Source: an uncultured delta proteobacterium (lineage in GTDB: Bacteria; Desulfobacterota; Desulfomonilia; Desulfomonilales; Desulfomonilaceae). From it: DNA of 64,000 bases. How positions within the stretch are numbered: the stretch's first letter is position 1; each line of letters begins with the position of its first letter. This document shows, one piece after another, positions 20,456 to 30,624 of this stretch. Made by a program: the position numbers and the translations under genes. The notes under the pieces were generated by a model. That model saw nothing but the letters and a program-made list of their open reading frames with translations, was not told the DNA's origin and ran no database searches. The stretch is from positions 544,001-608,000 of the forward strand of contig CAWBKB010000001.1 in NCBI GenBank assembly GCA_963789265.1, in the 5' to 3' direction.

Positions 20456-20962
20456 CTAATAGAGGCACTTGATCTCAAGTATTCCATTGTTGCATGAAAC
20501 GACCATGTTTTCTCTGGCCACTACTCTGGGCAACAAAACTTCCTTTTGGTATGTCTTGTCCCCTCTTTTAGCGGATATTGACAGCACATCATCTTTCAGA
20601 TCGAGTTTCAGATCCCCATCGCTTATCCCCGGCATTTCAACGATTATGAGGGCATGGTCCTCCTCTTCAAAGATGTCCACCAGAGGCTCACGGATTTCTT
20701 GAACCACGGTTCTTCCTGACTCGGCGTCTTTCTTGATATTTCCAAACGGCTCCACTTCCAATTTGTCGTCGCCCAAACCTACTTTCACGTTGAAGCCGTA
20801 TACTCCCTTGAATTGCTTTCCCAGCCCGGGGATCTCTCCTGTCCCGGACATTTTCTTACCAGTCTCGGCAAGCTCATCAAGTTTTTCGATCAAATCAGTC
20901 AGCCCGCTCAAAAAGCCTCCAAGCCCTCCGCCGCCACCTGTACCTTTATTTTTTTTGGCCAT
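20456..20962 (-). CDS. Hsp20/alpha-crystallin family protein (GvpH-like)
   Basis: GVYGFNVKVG, REPLVDIFEE, EMPGI, NNGILEIK. Confidence 0.88.
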   Translation of the reverse strand: MAKKNKGTGGGGGLGGFLSGLTDLIEKLDELAETGKKMSGTGEIPGLGKQFKGVYGFNVKVGLGDDKLEVEPFGNIKKDAESGRTVVQEIREPLVDIFEEEDHALIIVEMPGISDGDLKLDLKDDVLSISAKRGDKTYQKEVLLPRVVARENMVVSCNNGILEIKCLY

Positions 20963-22376
20963 CCTGCTCCTCCGGATAGAACTTGATCCCGTACTGTTTC
21001 ACCTTGGAATGCATGGTTTTGTAATCTACTTGCAATAACCGGGCCGCTTCCGCTTTGTTGCCCCTGGTTTTTCTGATTGCCCACCCCAGCACACGACGCT
21101 CCAAATCGACTGAGGTTCTCCGGATGATCTCCTTGAGCGGGAGACCCTCCCAATCCGAATCCTCGGCGGATGAGGTTTCCGACGGACCAATGGGCTTCAG
21201 ACCATCAAGGACAAGATGCTCAGGCTGAATCAGGTTTTCCGCCTGAAGCACGGCCCGTCTTACCGCAGCTCGCAACTGCCGAACGTTCCCGGGCCATCGG
21301 TGGTCTAACAAGATCTGCAAAGCAGAATCCGAAAAACCTTTGATCTTTTTGTTGAGTTCCGTGTTCGTGGCTCTGACGAATCTGTTGGACAGGTGCAGAA
21401 TATCTTCTTTGCGTTCTCGCAATGATGGAATGAGGACGGTGAATTCGCTCAAACGATACAGCAGGTCTCTACTAAACTTGCCCTGCGATACCGCGGTGTT
21501 CAAATCCTGATTAGTGGCGACCAACAGACGGACATCCACCGTCACCGGCTCTCGACCTCCAACGCGAAAGAAAGTCCGCTCCTGAATGGCCCGAAGCAGC
21601 TTGGTCTGGCAACTGAGGGGCATGTTGGCAATTTCGTCCAGAAATAAAGTGCCTTCTTGGGCCATTTCAAACTTTCCGGGTCGGCGCGAGTTTGCTCCTG
21701 TGAAAGCGCCCTTTTCATGGCCGAACAGTTCACTCTCGAACAGAGTTTCCGGGATGGCCCCGCAATCAAGCGGGACGAGTGCCGTTGCATGTCTGTTGCT
21801 TGCCGTATGAATTGCACGTGCGACCAGTTCCTTACCGGTGCCGGTTTCACCCTGAATTACGACTGTAAAATTGGAGGCTGCGACGAGTCTTACGTCCGAG
21901 ATAATCTTTCGCACGGCATCGCTGGGTCCCATGATTTCTTCCAAACGAAGCATCGTGGACTGTCCTGTGCCGATGCCTGATGCGGATTTCTTCGGCTTGG
22001 CTTTTCTGTTCAAGATCGCTCTTCGAATCTTATCGATGAGTTCATGGTTGTTGAGCGGCTTGGCCAGATAATCGACGGCCCCCTCTCTCATTGCTTGCAC
22101 AGCACCATGTAGGCCGCCGTACGCTGTAATCATGAGCACCGGAAGATCGGGATCGATTTTCTTGGCTCTCCTCAATACTTCCATGCCGTCCAGCCCCGGC
22201 ATTTTCACGTCCAGGAGCAATGCGTCGGGCATACCCACTCTGACCATTTCAAGGGCTGTTTCACCGTCGTGAGCCACCAGTGGTGCGAACCCTTCTTTCC
22301 TGATGACGTGGAATAGGATCTCGGAAAAGTCTTTTTCATCATCAACAATGAGAATACGTGCCTCGCTTGTTGACAT
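20946..22376 (-). CDS. Sigma-54-dependent NtrC-family response regulator (GvrA-like)
   Basis: REC domain, GETGTGKEL, ESELFGHEKGAFTGA, WPGNVRQL, Fis-type HTH. Confidence 0.95.
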   Translation of the reverse strand: MSTSEARILIVDDEKDFSEILFHVIRKEGFAPLVAHDGETALEMVRVGMPDALLLDVKMPGLDGMEVLRRAKKIDPDLPVLMITAYGGLHGAVQAMREGAVDYLAKPLNNHELIDKIRRAILNRKAKPKKSASGIGTGQSTMLRLEEIMGPSDAVRKIISDVRLVAASNFTVVIQGETGTGKELVARAIHTASNRHATALVPLDCGAIPETLFESELFGHEKGAFTGANSRRPGKFEMAQEGTLFLDEIANMPLSCQTKLLRAIQERTFFRVGGREPVTVDVRLLVATNQDLNTAVSQGKFSRDLLYRLSEFTVLIPSLRERKEDILHLSNRFVRATNTELNKKIKGFSDSALQILLDHRWPGNVRQLRAAVRRAVLQAENLIQPEHLVLDGLKPIGPSETSSAEDSDWEGLPLKEIIRRTSVDLERRVLGWAIRKTRGNKAEAARLLQVDYKTMHSKVKQYGIKFYPEEQDGQKK

Positions 22377-22434
22377 TTACTCCCTCTCTAATCTGACCGA
22401 CGAGACGCGCTCGGAATCGGTCATCGGTGAGGAT

Positions 22435-23068
22435 TTAGTTGGTCCGGCTCTGGTGCCTGACAGGTGTATGTATCGGATAAACCAGTTGAATATCCTTATC
22501 TAACCACGGCTCCAGCGAGTGCAGCATGCCAAGGAAGACTATGCCCACTTCTTCCGGCCCCAGTGTCGCGTTGATACGTTTGGCGATAAAGTTGTCACGT
22601 TTTCTGAGGATCGACGCGCCCACGGAATTTTTCGGTCGAAGGGTTCGAGTCGATTCCGCTCTCAGCATTCTCTTCACGTGATCGTACTCCTCCAAAAGAA
22701 GTTCATGGGATTCGGTCCCCGTGAGCGTTGCCCCTCCGTTGACGAGGCGGAGAAGTAAAGCGTGATTACGGCTGCCTGACTTGGCAAGTTCAGCAACTAT
22801 TTCAGACTCTCTCCCGCAAACCGGCAACCCATCTTGATAGATCCGAACACGATTCAAAGGGAGAGACAACTCGTCGATAACTTTTTCGATCTCTGTCCAA
22901 TACTTGTCGATCAGAGTGATCTTCCGATTCAATCCGAATCGACCGAGTTTCTTTAGCGACTCTCTTCTCACCTGGTCCTTGAGCGCGCCCATGTCGGCCT
23001 GGGTGTGTACCTATAGGAATAGATATCAGCGTTCGCGTGGAAGACTTGGGTTTGACGGATTCGTTCAT
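22435..23068 (-). CDS. Conserved hypothetical protein heading the gvr block (frameshift near 23010)
   Basis: MNESVKP...LISIPI joins VHTQADMG...IYQDGLPVCG...RDNFIAKRINATL...FLGMLH after removing one G. Confidence 0.7.
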
Positions 23069-24128
23069 TCTTATGTCCCGACTGTCTATCTCCAGAACTA
23101 TGGAATTGCCTCCATAGCATCTATGCCACAATTATGTATTTTGTTCCATATAAGCCTACCCAACGCGGTGGCAAAAGGAATTTCCGGTATTGATACCCAC
23201 ATGAAATGAACGTAGCGAGCTGTCTTATCCTTACGAATTCGGAAATACTGTCAATCGCGAACACGGTTCTCGCCGTAATCCCTCAGTTACGGGCGGCAAA
23301 TGATTGTCATTGCGAGTCCTGCGCCCCGCAGAAAAGCAATCTCATTGACGGGACCGTGCCGCGCGGAATGCGGGATTGCCGGTCATTCGTTATCGCGGAC
23401 CTCAACTGGGGCGAGTAGGGGCGGACCCATGTGTCTGCCCCTACAGTGGATTCCCGCGCGACGCGGGATTTCACTCCTCGAGATGACAGGGACCCGATAT
23501 TTCCCCGCGTGACTAAATGGTGGCGTTCTCGACAGCAGCCGTGGCCGACCAATGGCACGACTTTGGACGGAGGGATCATGTGTATGCTCTGTTTCCGGAT
23601 CTTGGCAAAAGTAAAGCCCCGGTTAAGCCTAAACTGGGGGGGAGACGAGGAGTCCGGGGCTTTTCGCAAAAGTTTTTTCGAAGAAATATGTCTGACCAAT
23701 CGATTACTAGCTGCGATTTGCGGATGATCCACCTTGCCTGATGCGTCCTTTGTGTGTAACAGGCTGATAAATGCCGCTAATTGGTCGGCCTGCTTAGGCA
23801 AACCCATCTTGGGCCTCAAACAGTATGAAGCGTCCCGCAAATCCGGGATGCTTCGCCCGATTCCTTTGCAAAGGGGGCCGCAGAGCCTGGGGGCAGAATC
23901 TGCGGCCAACAAAACTGGGAATGAACCCGACAAAGAGATGGCTATGCCGAACATTGTTGCATGGACCATGCCACAATTGCACCATTCGGCTGACGATTCA
24001 CGTCCTGACAAATGATTTGCTCGCCGACGATTGGGCTCCTATAATGAGATGATATCCACAGGAATCAATTTGCTGTTCAACTCACGCCGAGTGGAACCCT
24101 GACAGCACGAAACGAAAGACATTGATCC

Positions 24129-25373
24129 ATGAGTGATGTTAAGGCATTATCCGTTCAAGACCAAAAGCTGGCGGACAAAGCCCTGTCCACGGAACAACTG
24201 CTGAGCTACGCTCGAGACCTCGCAGAAGTGTTTCAGGCCGAACGAGCGAGGCGTGAAGCCCTGGAAGATGCCAACAAGAAGCTGGAAACCGAGATCTCCG
24301 AGCGTGAGAAAGCTCAAGAGCAACTAGCTGAAAGTGAAGAGCGATATCGAACCTTGTTCGAGGAATCTCGGGATGCAATTTATATCGCGGATGGCGAAGG
24401 CAGATTTATAGACGTGAACCCGTCTTTCCTGGAACTTTTTGCCTGCACCAGGGCGGACGTCGTGGGCGGTGCTCCCGCGAAGTTCGTCGATCCTGCAATG
24501 TGGCAAGAATTTCAGAAAGAGGTGGAGGTAAACGGCTCTGTCAAGGATCACGCTGTGCGATGGCACAAAAAAGACGGCACGATTATGGAGTGCCTTATAA
24601 CAGCTACCCTTCTGCGGGCGGAGGATGGAAGTATTTCAAGGCGCCAAGGAATTATCCGTGATGTCACCGAGCTGAAGCTTTCTCAAGAGGTCTTGCAGCA
24701 TGCCAAAAAGATGGATGCCCTGAGCAATTTAGCCGGCGGCATAGCGCATGAGATTCGAAATCCTTTGGCCATATCTTCTTCGGCTGCCCAGCTTTTGATG
24801 GATGATGATGTTCCCGAGGCTCTTCGAAAAAACTGCGCACGAAAGATTGTGCTGGGGATACAACGAGCATCGGTAATTATAGAGAACTTATTGACTTTGG
24901 CCAAAACCTCTTCGGAATTCGAAATGACGGCCTTAAACCTTGTTCCGTTGGTACGGGAATTGGAGAGGTCGATTTTAAACCATGCAAGAGATCAGGGTGT
25001 TGAACTCGTCTTCGCATACCACCCCGAAGCCTTGCTGGTGAACGGTAACCCCTTGTTACTAAAACAGGCACTTATGAATCTTTTCATGAATGCGTTCGCG
25101 GCCATGAAAGATATCGGAGGAACACTGACCACGAGTGTGGGAAGAAATGGTGAGCATGCCTCGATAACTGTTTCGGACACGGGCCACGGCATATTGCACG
25201 AGCATCTGGACAAGGTGTTCGATCCTTTCTTCACGAAATCGTCGTGGGGAAAGGGGGCCGGACTGGGGCTATCCACAAGTTATTCCATTGTGAAGCAACA
25301 CTCCGGCCATATTCGAGTTTCCAGCACACCGGGCAAAGGGTCTACCTTTACGGTGAGCTTGCCCTTGGGGTGA
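24129..25373 (+). CDS. PAS sensor histidine kinase
   Basis: Coiled coil, PAS, AHEIRNPL, DTGHGI, FDPFFT, GAGLGL. Confidence 0.92.
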   Translation: MSDVKALSVQDQKLADKALSTEQLLSYARDLAEVFQAERARREALEDANKKLETEISEREKAQEQLAESEERYRTLFEESRDAIYIADGEGRFIDVNPSFLELFACTRADVVGGAPAKFVDPAMWQEFQKEVEVNGSVKDHAVRWHKKDGTIMECLITATLLRAEDGSISRRQGIIRDVTELKLSQEVLQHAKKMDALSNLAGGIAHEIRNPLAISSSAAQLLMDDDVPEALRKNCARKIVLGIQRASVIIENLLTLAKTSSEFEMTALNLVPLVRELERSILNHARDQGVELVFAYHPEALLVNGNPLLLKQALMNLFMNAFAAMKDIGGTLTTSVGRNGEHASITVSDTGHGILHEHLDKVFDPFFTKSSWGKGAGLGLSTSYSIVKQHSGHIRVSSTPGKGSTFTVSLPLG

Positions 25374-25516
25374 TCTCTTCATCGTGGCAACGATCGTTGA
25401 TGAAACCTGTGAAGTCGCCGGTTTACAGTAGGGTGGGCATCTTGCCCGCCATCAAGAATCGACGAGTGAGAGGCCCATCCTACTGGGAGCGGGTGATCTC
25501 TTCATCGTGGCAACGA
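25368..25516. repeat. 26-bp direct repeat flanking a GTAG-type REP pair
   Basis: GGGTGATCTCTTCATCGTGGCAACGA at 25368-25393 and 25491-25516. Between them is GTAGGGTGGGC...GCCCATCCTAC. Confidence 0.8.
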
Positions 25517-25574
25517 CTTTGCTGACGAACCCCTTCGAGTCGTCAAAGCCTATTAGTAAGAGTGCGAATAGAGA

Positions 25575-27728
25575 GTGATCATGCGTGACGAAGATCTGAC
25601 GAGCTTTCGGCCGATGCCGGCAAGAAATGTCGATCCGGAGGGATGGACGGGCACCGAGACTATCGACCTTGACTCCCTTTTCACAAAGCACCTCACCTCT
25701 TCAGGGAGTTTCGATATTAGAGGAGGGATTTGGGCGACCACATTCGGTAAGGTTCTGCAAGCATTACCAATTCCCGCCTTGCTCATTGATGAATCCTATC
25801 GCGTCGTGGTTTCCAATCAGGCGTGTCTAAAAATCAGCCCCGGTTATGAGAAGATTCATGGCGAGCCTTTTGCCGCCCTCTTTGTCAATAATTCCGGTCC
25901 CCTTAAAGCTATATCGGTTGTTGAAGCGGTATTTGCTTCAAGAAAGCCGCGGGTTCTCGAATCTTACTTGGAGATTGAAGGAAACAGGATATGGGGCCGC
26001 GTAACTTTTCGGGCGATCAGGATAGCCGAGACGCGATTGATCTTGGCTCTTATCGAAGATTTGAGCCTCGAAAAAAAGCGCCGGCTTGAAGATAAGAAGC
26101 ACAAGGAAGAACTTGAGAAACTGGTCAAAGAGCGAACCTCCAAATTGGAGCGCGTAGCCGAACAATTGCGCTTGGAAATTATCGAGCGAAAGCAAGCGGA
26201 GGAGCGATTACGAAGAAGCAAAGAAACCATCGAGGCGCTTTTGAACGCCACGTCGGACATGGCATTTCTCTTAGGGGCTGACGGCACCTTTCTGGCTGCA
26301 AACGAACAGGTTGCCAAATGGTTTCGAACAGATGGTTCCGATCTTCTTGGTAAATCACTATTCGACCTGGCTCCGGCCGGCCTCGCCGGGGTTGAGAAAG
26401 CTCAATTTCACCAGGTAATTTTCTCCGGCAAGCCGCTCCGATTTCAAGCGGGGCAATTTGGAAAATTCTATGACAACAATTTCTATCCTGTCCTGGATTT
26501 TCTAGGGGCCGTCACCGCTGTGGCCGTATATATCAGAGACATTTCCGTGGAAAAAAAGACGAACGAGCTACTGATGCACTCCGCTCGAATCAAGGCTGTT
26601 GGAGATATGGCAAGCGGCGTGGCACACAATTTTAACAATCTGCTGCAGATTATGATGAATGCCGCGTATGAAGTCTTGGCGGACCTGGAATCAAACGAAA
26701 TTCCGGAAGCTCAATCTAAAATCAAAAGAATAATCAGAAGCGCCGCGGCCGGTGCAGACACGGTGAGGCGCCTCCAGGATTTCGCGCACGCGCGAACCGA
26801 CGATGCAGCGGTTAGCGGCAAGGTATTTGACCTCTCATCTACGGTGGAACAAACTATAGAAATCCTTAAGCCTTATTGGAAAACCAATCCTGAGAAACGT
26901 GGCACAAGAATTTTCTTGCAGCGGAATCTGAGCAAGGACTGCCTTGTAAGAGGCAAGGAAAACGAAATGTTCGAGGTCGTGGTAAACCTCGTCAAGAATG
27001 CAGTCGAAGCTTTGCCCAGGGGCGGAGAAATCCAAATCTCAACACACGTGGACAAAGATTATGTTCATCTGAGCGTTGAGGACAACGGCACCGGAATCGC
27101 TGAGGGAAATCTGGATAGAATATTTGAACCGTTTTGGAGCACCAAGGGCGTAGATGGCATGGGAATGGGCCTTGCCAGCAGTTACGGCATCGTTAGACGG
27201 CATGAGGGTGAAATATTTGCAGAAAGGACCCCGGACCAGCGTACCGTGTTCACAGTCAGGCTTCCCTTAGATAAGAGAGAGACCGAAGGGAAACCCCGGC
27301 CTCAAGAGCAACGTGGGCAGATCGTCTGCCGTATTCTCATAATAGACGACTCCGAGGATAGCGTGTGGGCGCTTCGAAACGGGCTAACGCGAGAAGGACA
27401 GCAAGTCTTGGCGTCCTTGTCCGGGCATCAAGGTATTGAAATCTTTAAGAATGAAAAGGTAGATGTCGTTATTTGCGATCTCGGTATGCCGGGGCTGAAC
27501 GGGTGGGACGTAGCAAAGGCTGTGAAGGAAATCTGTTTGGAAAGGGGTATCCCGAAACCACCCTTCATTCTTCTCACAGGTTGGGCCGGTTTGCTTCAGG
27601 AGAAGGCGAAATTATTGGAATGCGGCGTCGATTGCGTAGTAGAGAAGCCTTTTCTCGCCCAAAACCTTTTAGAAATTGTGAGAAATCTTTTGGGAGAGAA
27701 GGGCCAAGCTGAAGCTAACCCGAAATGA
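25575..27728 (+). CDS. Hybrid PAS histidine kinase / response regulator
   Basis: Two PAS domains, AHNFNNLL, HATPase, C-terminal REC (ICDLGMPG). Confidence 0.92.
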   Translation: MIMRDEDLTSFRPMPARNVDPEGWTGTETIDLDSLFTKHLTSSGSFDIRGGIWATTFGKVLQALPIPALLIDESYRVVVSNQACLKISPGYEKIHGEPFAALFVNNSGPLKAISVVEAVFASRKPRVLESYLEIEGNRIWGRVTFRAIRIAETRLILALIEDLSLEKKRRLEDKKHKEELEKLVKERTSKLERVAEQLRLEIIERKQAEERLRRSKETIEALLNATSDMAFLLGADGTFLAANEQVAKWFRTDGSDLLGKSLFDLAPAGLAGVEKAQFHQVIFSGKPLRFQAGQFGKFYDNNFYPVLDFLGAVTAVAVYIRDISVEKKTNELLMHSARIKAVGDMASGVAHNFNNLLQIMMNAAYEVLADLESNEIPEAQSKIKRIIRSAAAGADTVRRLQDFAHARTDDAAVSGKVFDLSSTVEQTIEILKPYWKTNPEKRGTRIFLQRNLSKDCLVRGKENEMFEVVVNLVKNAVEALPRGGEIQISTHVDKDYVHLSVEDNGTGIAEGNLDRIFEPFWSTKGVDGMGMGLASSYGIVRRHEGEIFAERTPDQRTVFTVRLPLDKRETEGKPRPQEQRGQIVCRILIIDDSEDSVWALRNGLTREGQQVLASLSGHQGIEIFKNEKVDVVICDLGMPGLNGWDVAKAVKEICLERGIPKPPFILLTGWAGLLQEKAKLLECGVDCVVEKPFLAQNLLEIVRNLLGEKGQAEANPK

Positions 27729-28294
27729 GCGAATTATATTGATGTAGGCTTTCGAAGCGCTCAATCTGCTGCCATCGCGTCACGATTTAGACCCGTTCCG
27801 CACATTAGGGACAATTTCTTGAAACCCGCCCCTACGCGAAACACGGTATCACCTGCATGAAAGCGAATAGGTCTCGTACCGAAAGCGCGCAACCACCTTC
27901 GAATTGATTCCAAGCTCGGAAATGACTGGTACAAATCGTGCATGTTCCCACGAGAGGCCCTCCGAGTTCTGTCTGCACATTTGTTGGGAACGCGTAAGCA
28001 GAAGCCAGCGTCTGTTCAAAGTCATAGGGCGAACAGCCGAGTCAGGGCGGGCACTTCAAATGACGTGGGGAGGGAGGCTGAACGGTGCCGTCAGCAATCA
28101 GAGGGGGCAATGATGGCTGAAGACGGCTAGACTTCATGCAGGCCGCGAATTTCAAAGGACGTTGTGCGCTTGGTGGGGTGAGCCGGCCCCGTGCTGCTCA
28201 AGTATGCCGACTGTTTCCGCTTGTTTTCGCTGCGAGACGTTAACGTGTTCGGCCCCTAGCTGCCGAAGGTTTTCCTCTCTCGAGAGAAAGTGCC

Positions 28295-30539
28295 ATGCGT
28301 GACGAAGTCAGGACCAGGGATCAACTCGTTGCTGAATTGAATGAGCTTCACCGAAAAGTCGGGGAACTTGAATCCCCGTTGAGCCAAGCCAATGAGTATT
28401 CTCCACGCAAGGAACCGGGACTTACGACGCTCGGGAACGAGATCGAACAGAGAACAGGACTTGAAGAAGAGCTTGGCGAAACCGACAGGCCCTACCGCAA
28501 CCTGGTGGAAGCCTCTAAAGACGTGATCTGGACCGTAAGTCTGGATATGCGATACACGTACGTTAGCCCTTCCGTCACCGATGTCCTCGGTTATACAGTC
28601 GAAGAAATCATGGCCACGAGCCCTCTGGACGGCCTGACGCCGAAATCGCGAGAGCGTGTCGTCAAAGCTCTTCGGGAAGAACTGGCGTTGGAGGCTTCCG
28701 GTCCCAGAGAAAAATATGCTTCTCGCACGGAAGAGATAGAGCGGTATCACAAGGATGGGTCCACCCGTTGGGAAGAGATTACTACGACGTTCCTCCGGGA
28801 CAGCCACGGCAGGCCGACCGGAATTCTCGGGATATCGCACGATCTTACGCGCCGCAAGCGAATGGAAGATGAATTGCGCGAAGAGCGGGACAAACTTGAA
28901 CAACGGGTGGAAGCACGTACCGAGTGAACTACTGCGGGCAAATGCTCGGCTCCGGGAGGAGGTCCGTGACAGAAGGCGTGCAAAACATGCCCTTAGAGAC
29001 AGTCAACAGCGACTGGAACTTGCGTTGAAAGGGGCTGACCTTGGCTTGTGGGACTGGAATCTTAAGAGTGGTCGCGTGATCTGGGACGAAAGAGCCCCCG
29101 AAATCCTGGGATACACGAGGGAAGGGGGAGAAACCGGCTTCACTTTTTGGAAATGCCTGGTCCACCCGGAGGATTGGCCGAGAGTCTCCAAGGATTTCAA
29201 CGACCATATCGAGGGTCGAATACCACTTTTAGAATCAGAATTTAGGCTTCGGGCAAAGTCCGGGGAATGGAAATGGATTTTGAGTCGGGGAAAAATCGTG
29301 AGGCGCGATGTGGACAACAAACCGTTGCACATGGCTGGAACGTATCTTGACATTACCAAACGCAAATCCGCGGAGCAAGAGAGAGAAAATCTGAGATTTC
29401 AGCTCGTCCAATCTCAAAAGATGGAGGCGATCGGGACTTTGGCTGCCGGCATTGCTCATGACTTCAATAACCTGCTTCAGGTCACATTGGGATATTCGGA
29501 ATTGTTGCTTCAAGGAAAACAGCCGGACGACCCCGAATATGCGGATCTCCGAGAAATATTTCGTGCAGCAAGCAATGGGGCCGGGTTGGCCCAGAAGATG
29601 CTCACGTTCAGCCGCAAAGTGGAGCCTAAGCCCGTTCCCGTAAATCTGAATAGACAAATTGCCCAGGTGGAGAACCTTCTGCGCCGCACCGTCCCCAAGA
29701 TGATAAATATACAGATCGATTTGTCAGCCGACCTTGCCGATATAAATGCGGACCCGGCTCAAATCGAACAGGTGCTGCTAAATTTGGCAATCAACGCCAG
29801 AGATGCCATTTCAGACAACGGTCAGCTCACTCTTGAAACGGGAAACGTCACGCTCGATGAGGAATATCGTGCAGTTCACATTGGCGTGAAACCAGGTGAA
29901 TACGTCCGGTTGGCCGTTTCCGACACAGGACACGGAATGGATGAAGCGACCATTGAACACATCTTTGAACCGTTCTACACGACCAAGGAACCGGGGCGAG
30001 GAACCGGGCTAGGACTTGCGATAGTCCATGGAATTGTGAAGCAGCATGGGGGGCATATCAATTGTTACAGCGAAGTCGGTCGTGGGACCACTTTCGAGGC
30101 CTATTTTCCGGCGATTGAGACTCAACGCGAGCCCAACATCGAGACAACCGAACTCGTACCCGCTTTAGGAACGGAAACGGTTCTCTTCGTTGACGATGAA
30201 GATTTCGTGCGAGATCTGGGAGAGCGGATTCTCAGAAAATGCGGCTACAAAGTGTTTTGTGCGGCAAACGGAAAAGAGGCGCTGGATCTATTCAAGAGGG
30301 AGATGACACATATTTCGCTTGTTATTCTGGATCTGGTCATGCCGGACATGGGAGGCAAAGAGTGCCTCAAAGAGCTTATGAAGATCGACCCACAACTCAA
30401 GGTTCTCATTGCCAGCGGCCTTTCTTCTGACACTTCTACGGAGGAATGCCTTGAAATGGGGGCACGAGGCTTTGTCAGCAAACCCTTTAGGATGAATGAA
30501 CTGGTCCAACAAGTTCGCAGGGTGCTCGATTCGGACTGA
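28295..30539 (+). CDS. Hybrid PAS histidine kinase, CckA-like (frameshift near 28922)
   Basis: PAS ORF 28295-28927 joins ORF 28755-30539 (PAS_3, AHDFNNLL, HATPase, REC) by removing one base at EART|SELL. Confidence 0.85.
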
Positions 30540-30624
30540 CGAATCGGCATCCAGCCCAATAGCCGGGCTCGGCTCACATTTCGACCCAAGGACGTGTTCC
30601 GCAAACGATTACCTGCTAAGAGCG

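Noticed and set aside
23553..23567. Sigma-54 promoter TGGCACGACTTTGGA
   Set aside because: Has GA rather than the required GC at -12 and lies far from a start codon.
23612..23664. c-di-GMP-I riboswitch suggested by AAAGCCCCGG..GCCTAAAC
   Set aside because: The GGCAAACC...GACGCAAA P2 arm is absent; it is only a simple inverted repeat.
23307..24011. 234-aa minus-strand ORF in the divergent intergenic region
   Set aside because: Runs through REP palindromes, has no recognisable motifs and no clear RBS.
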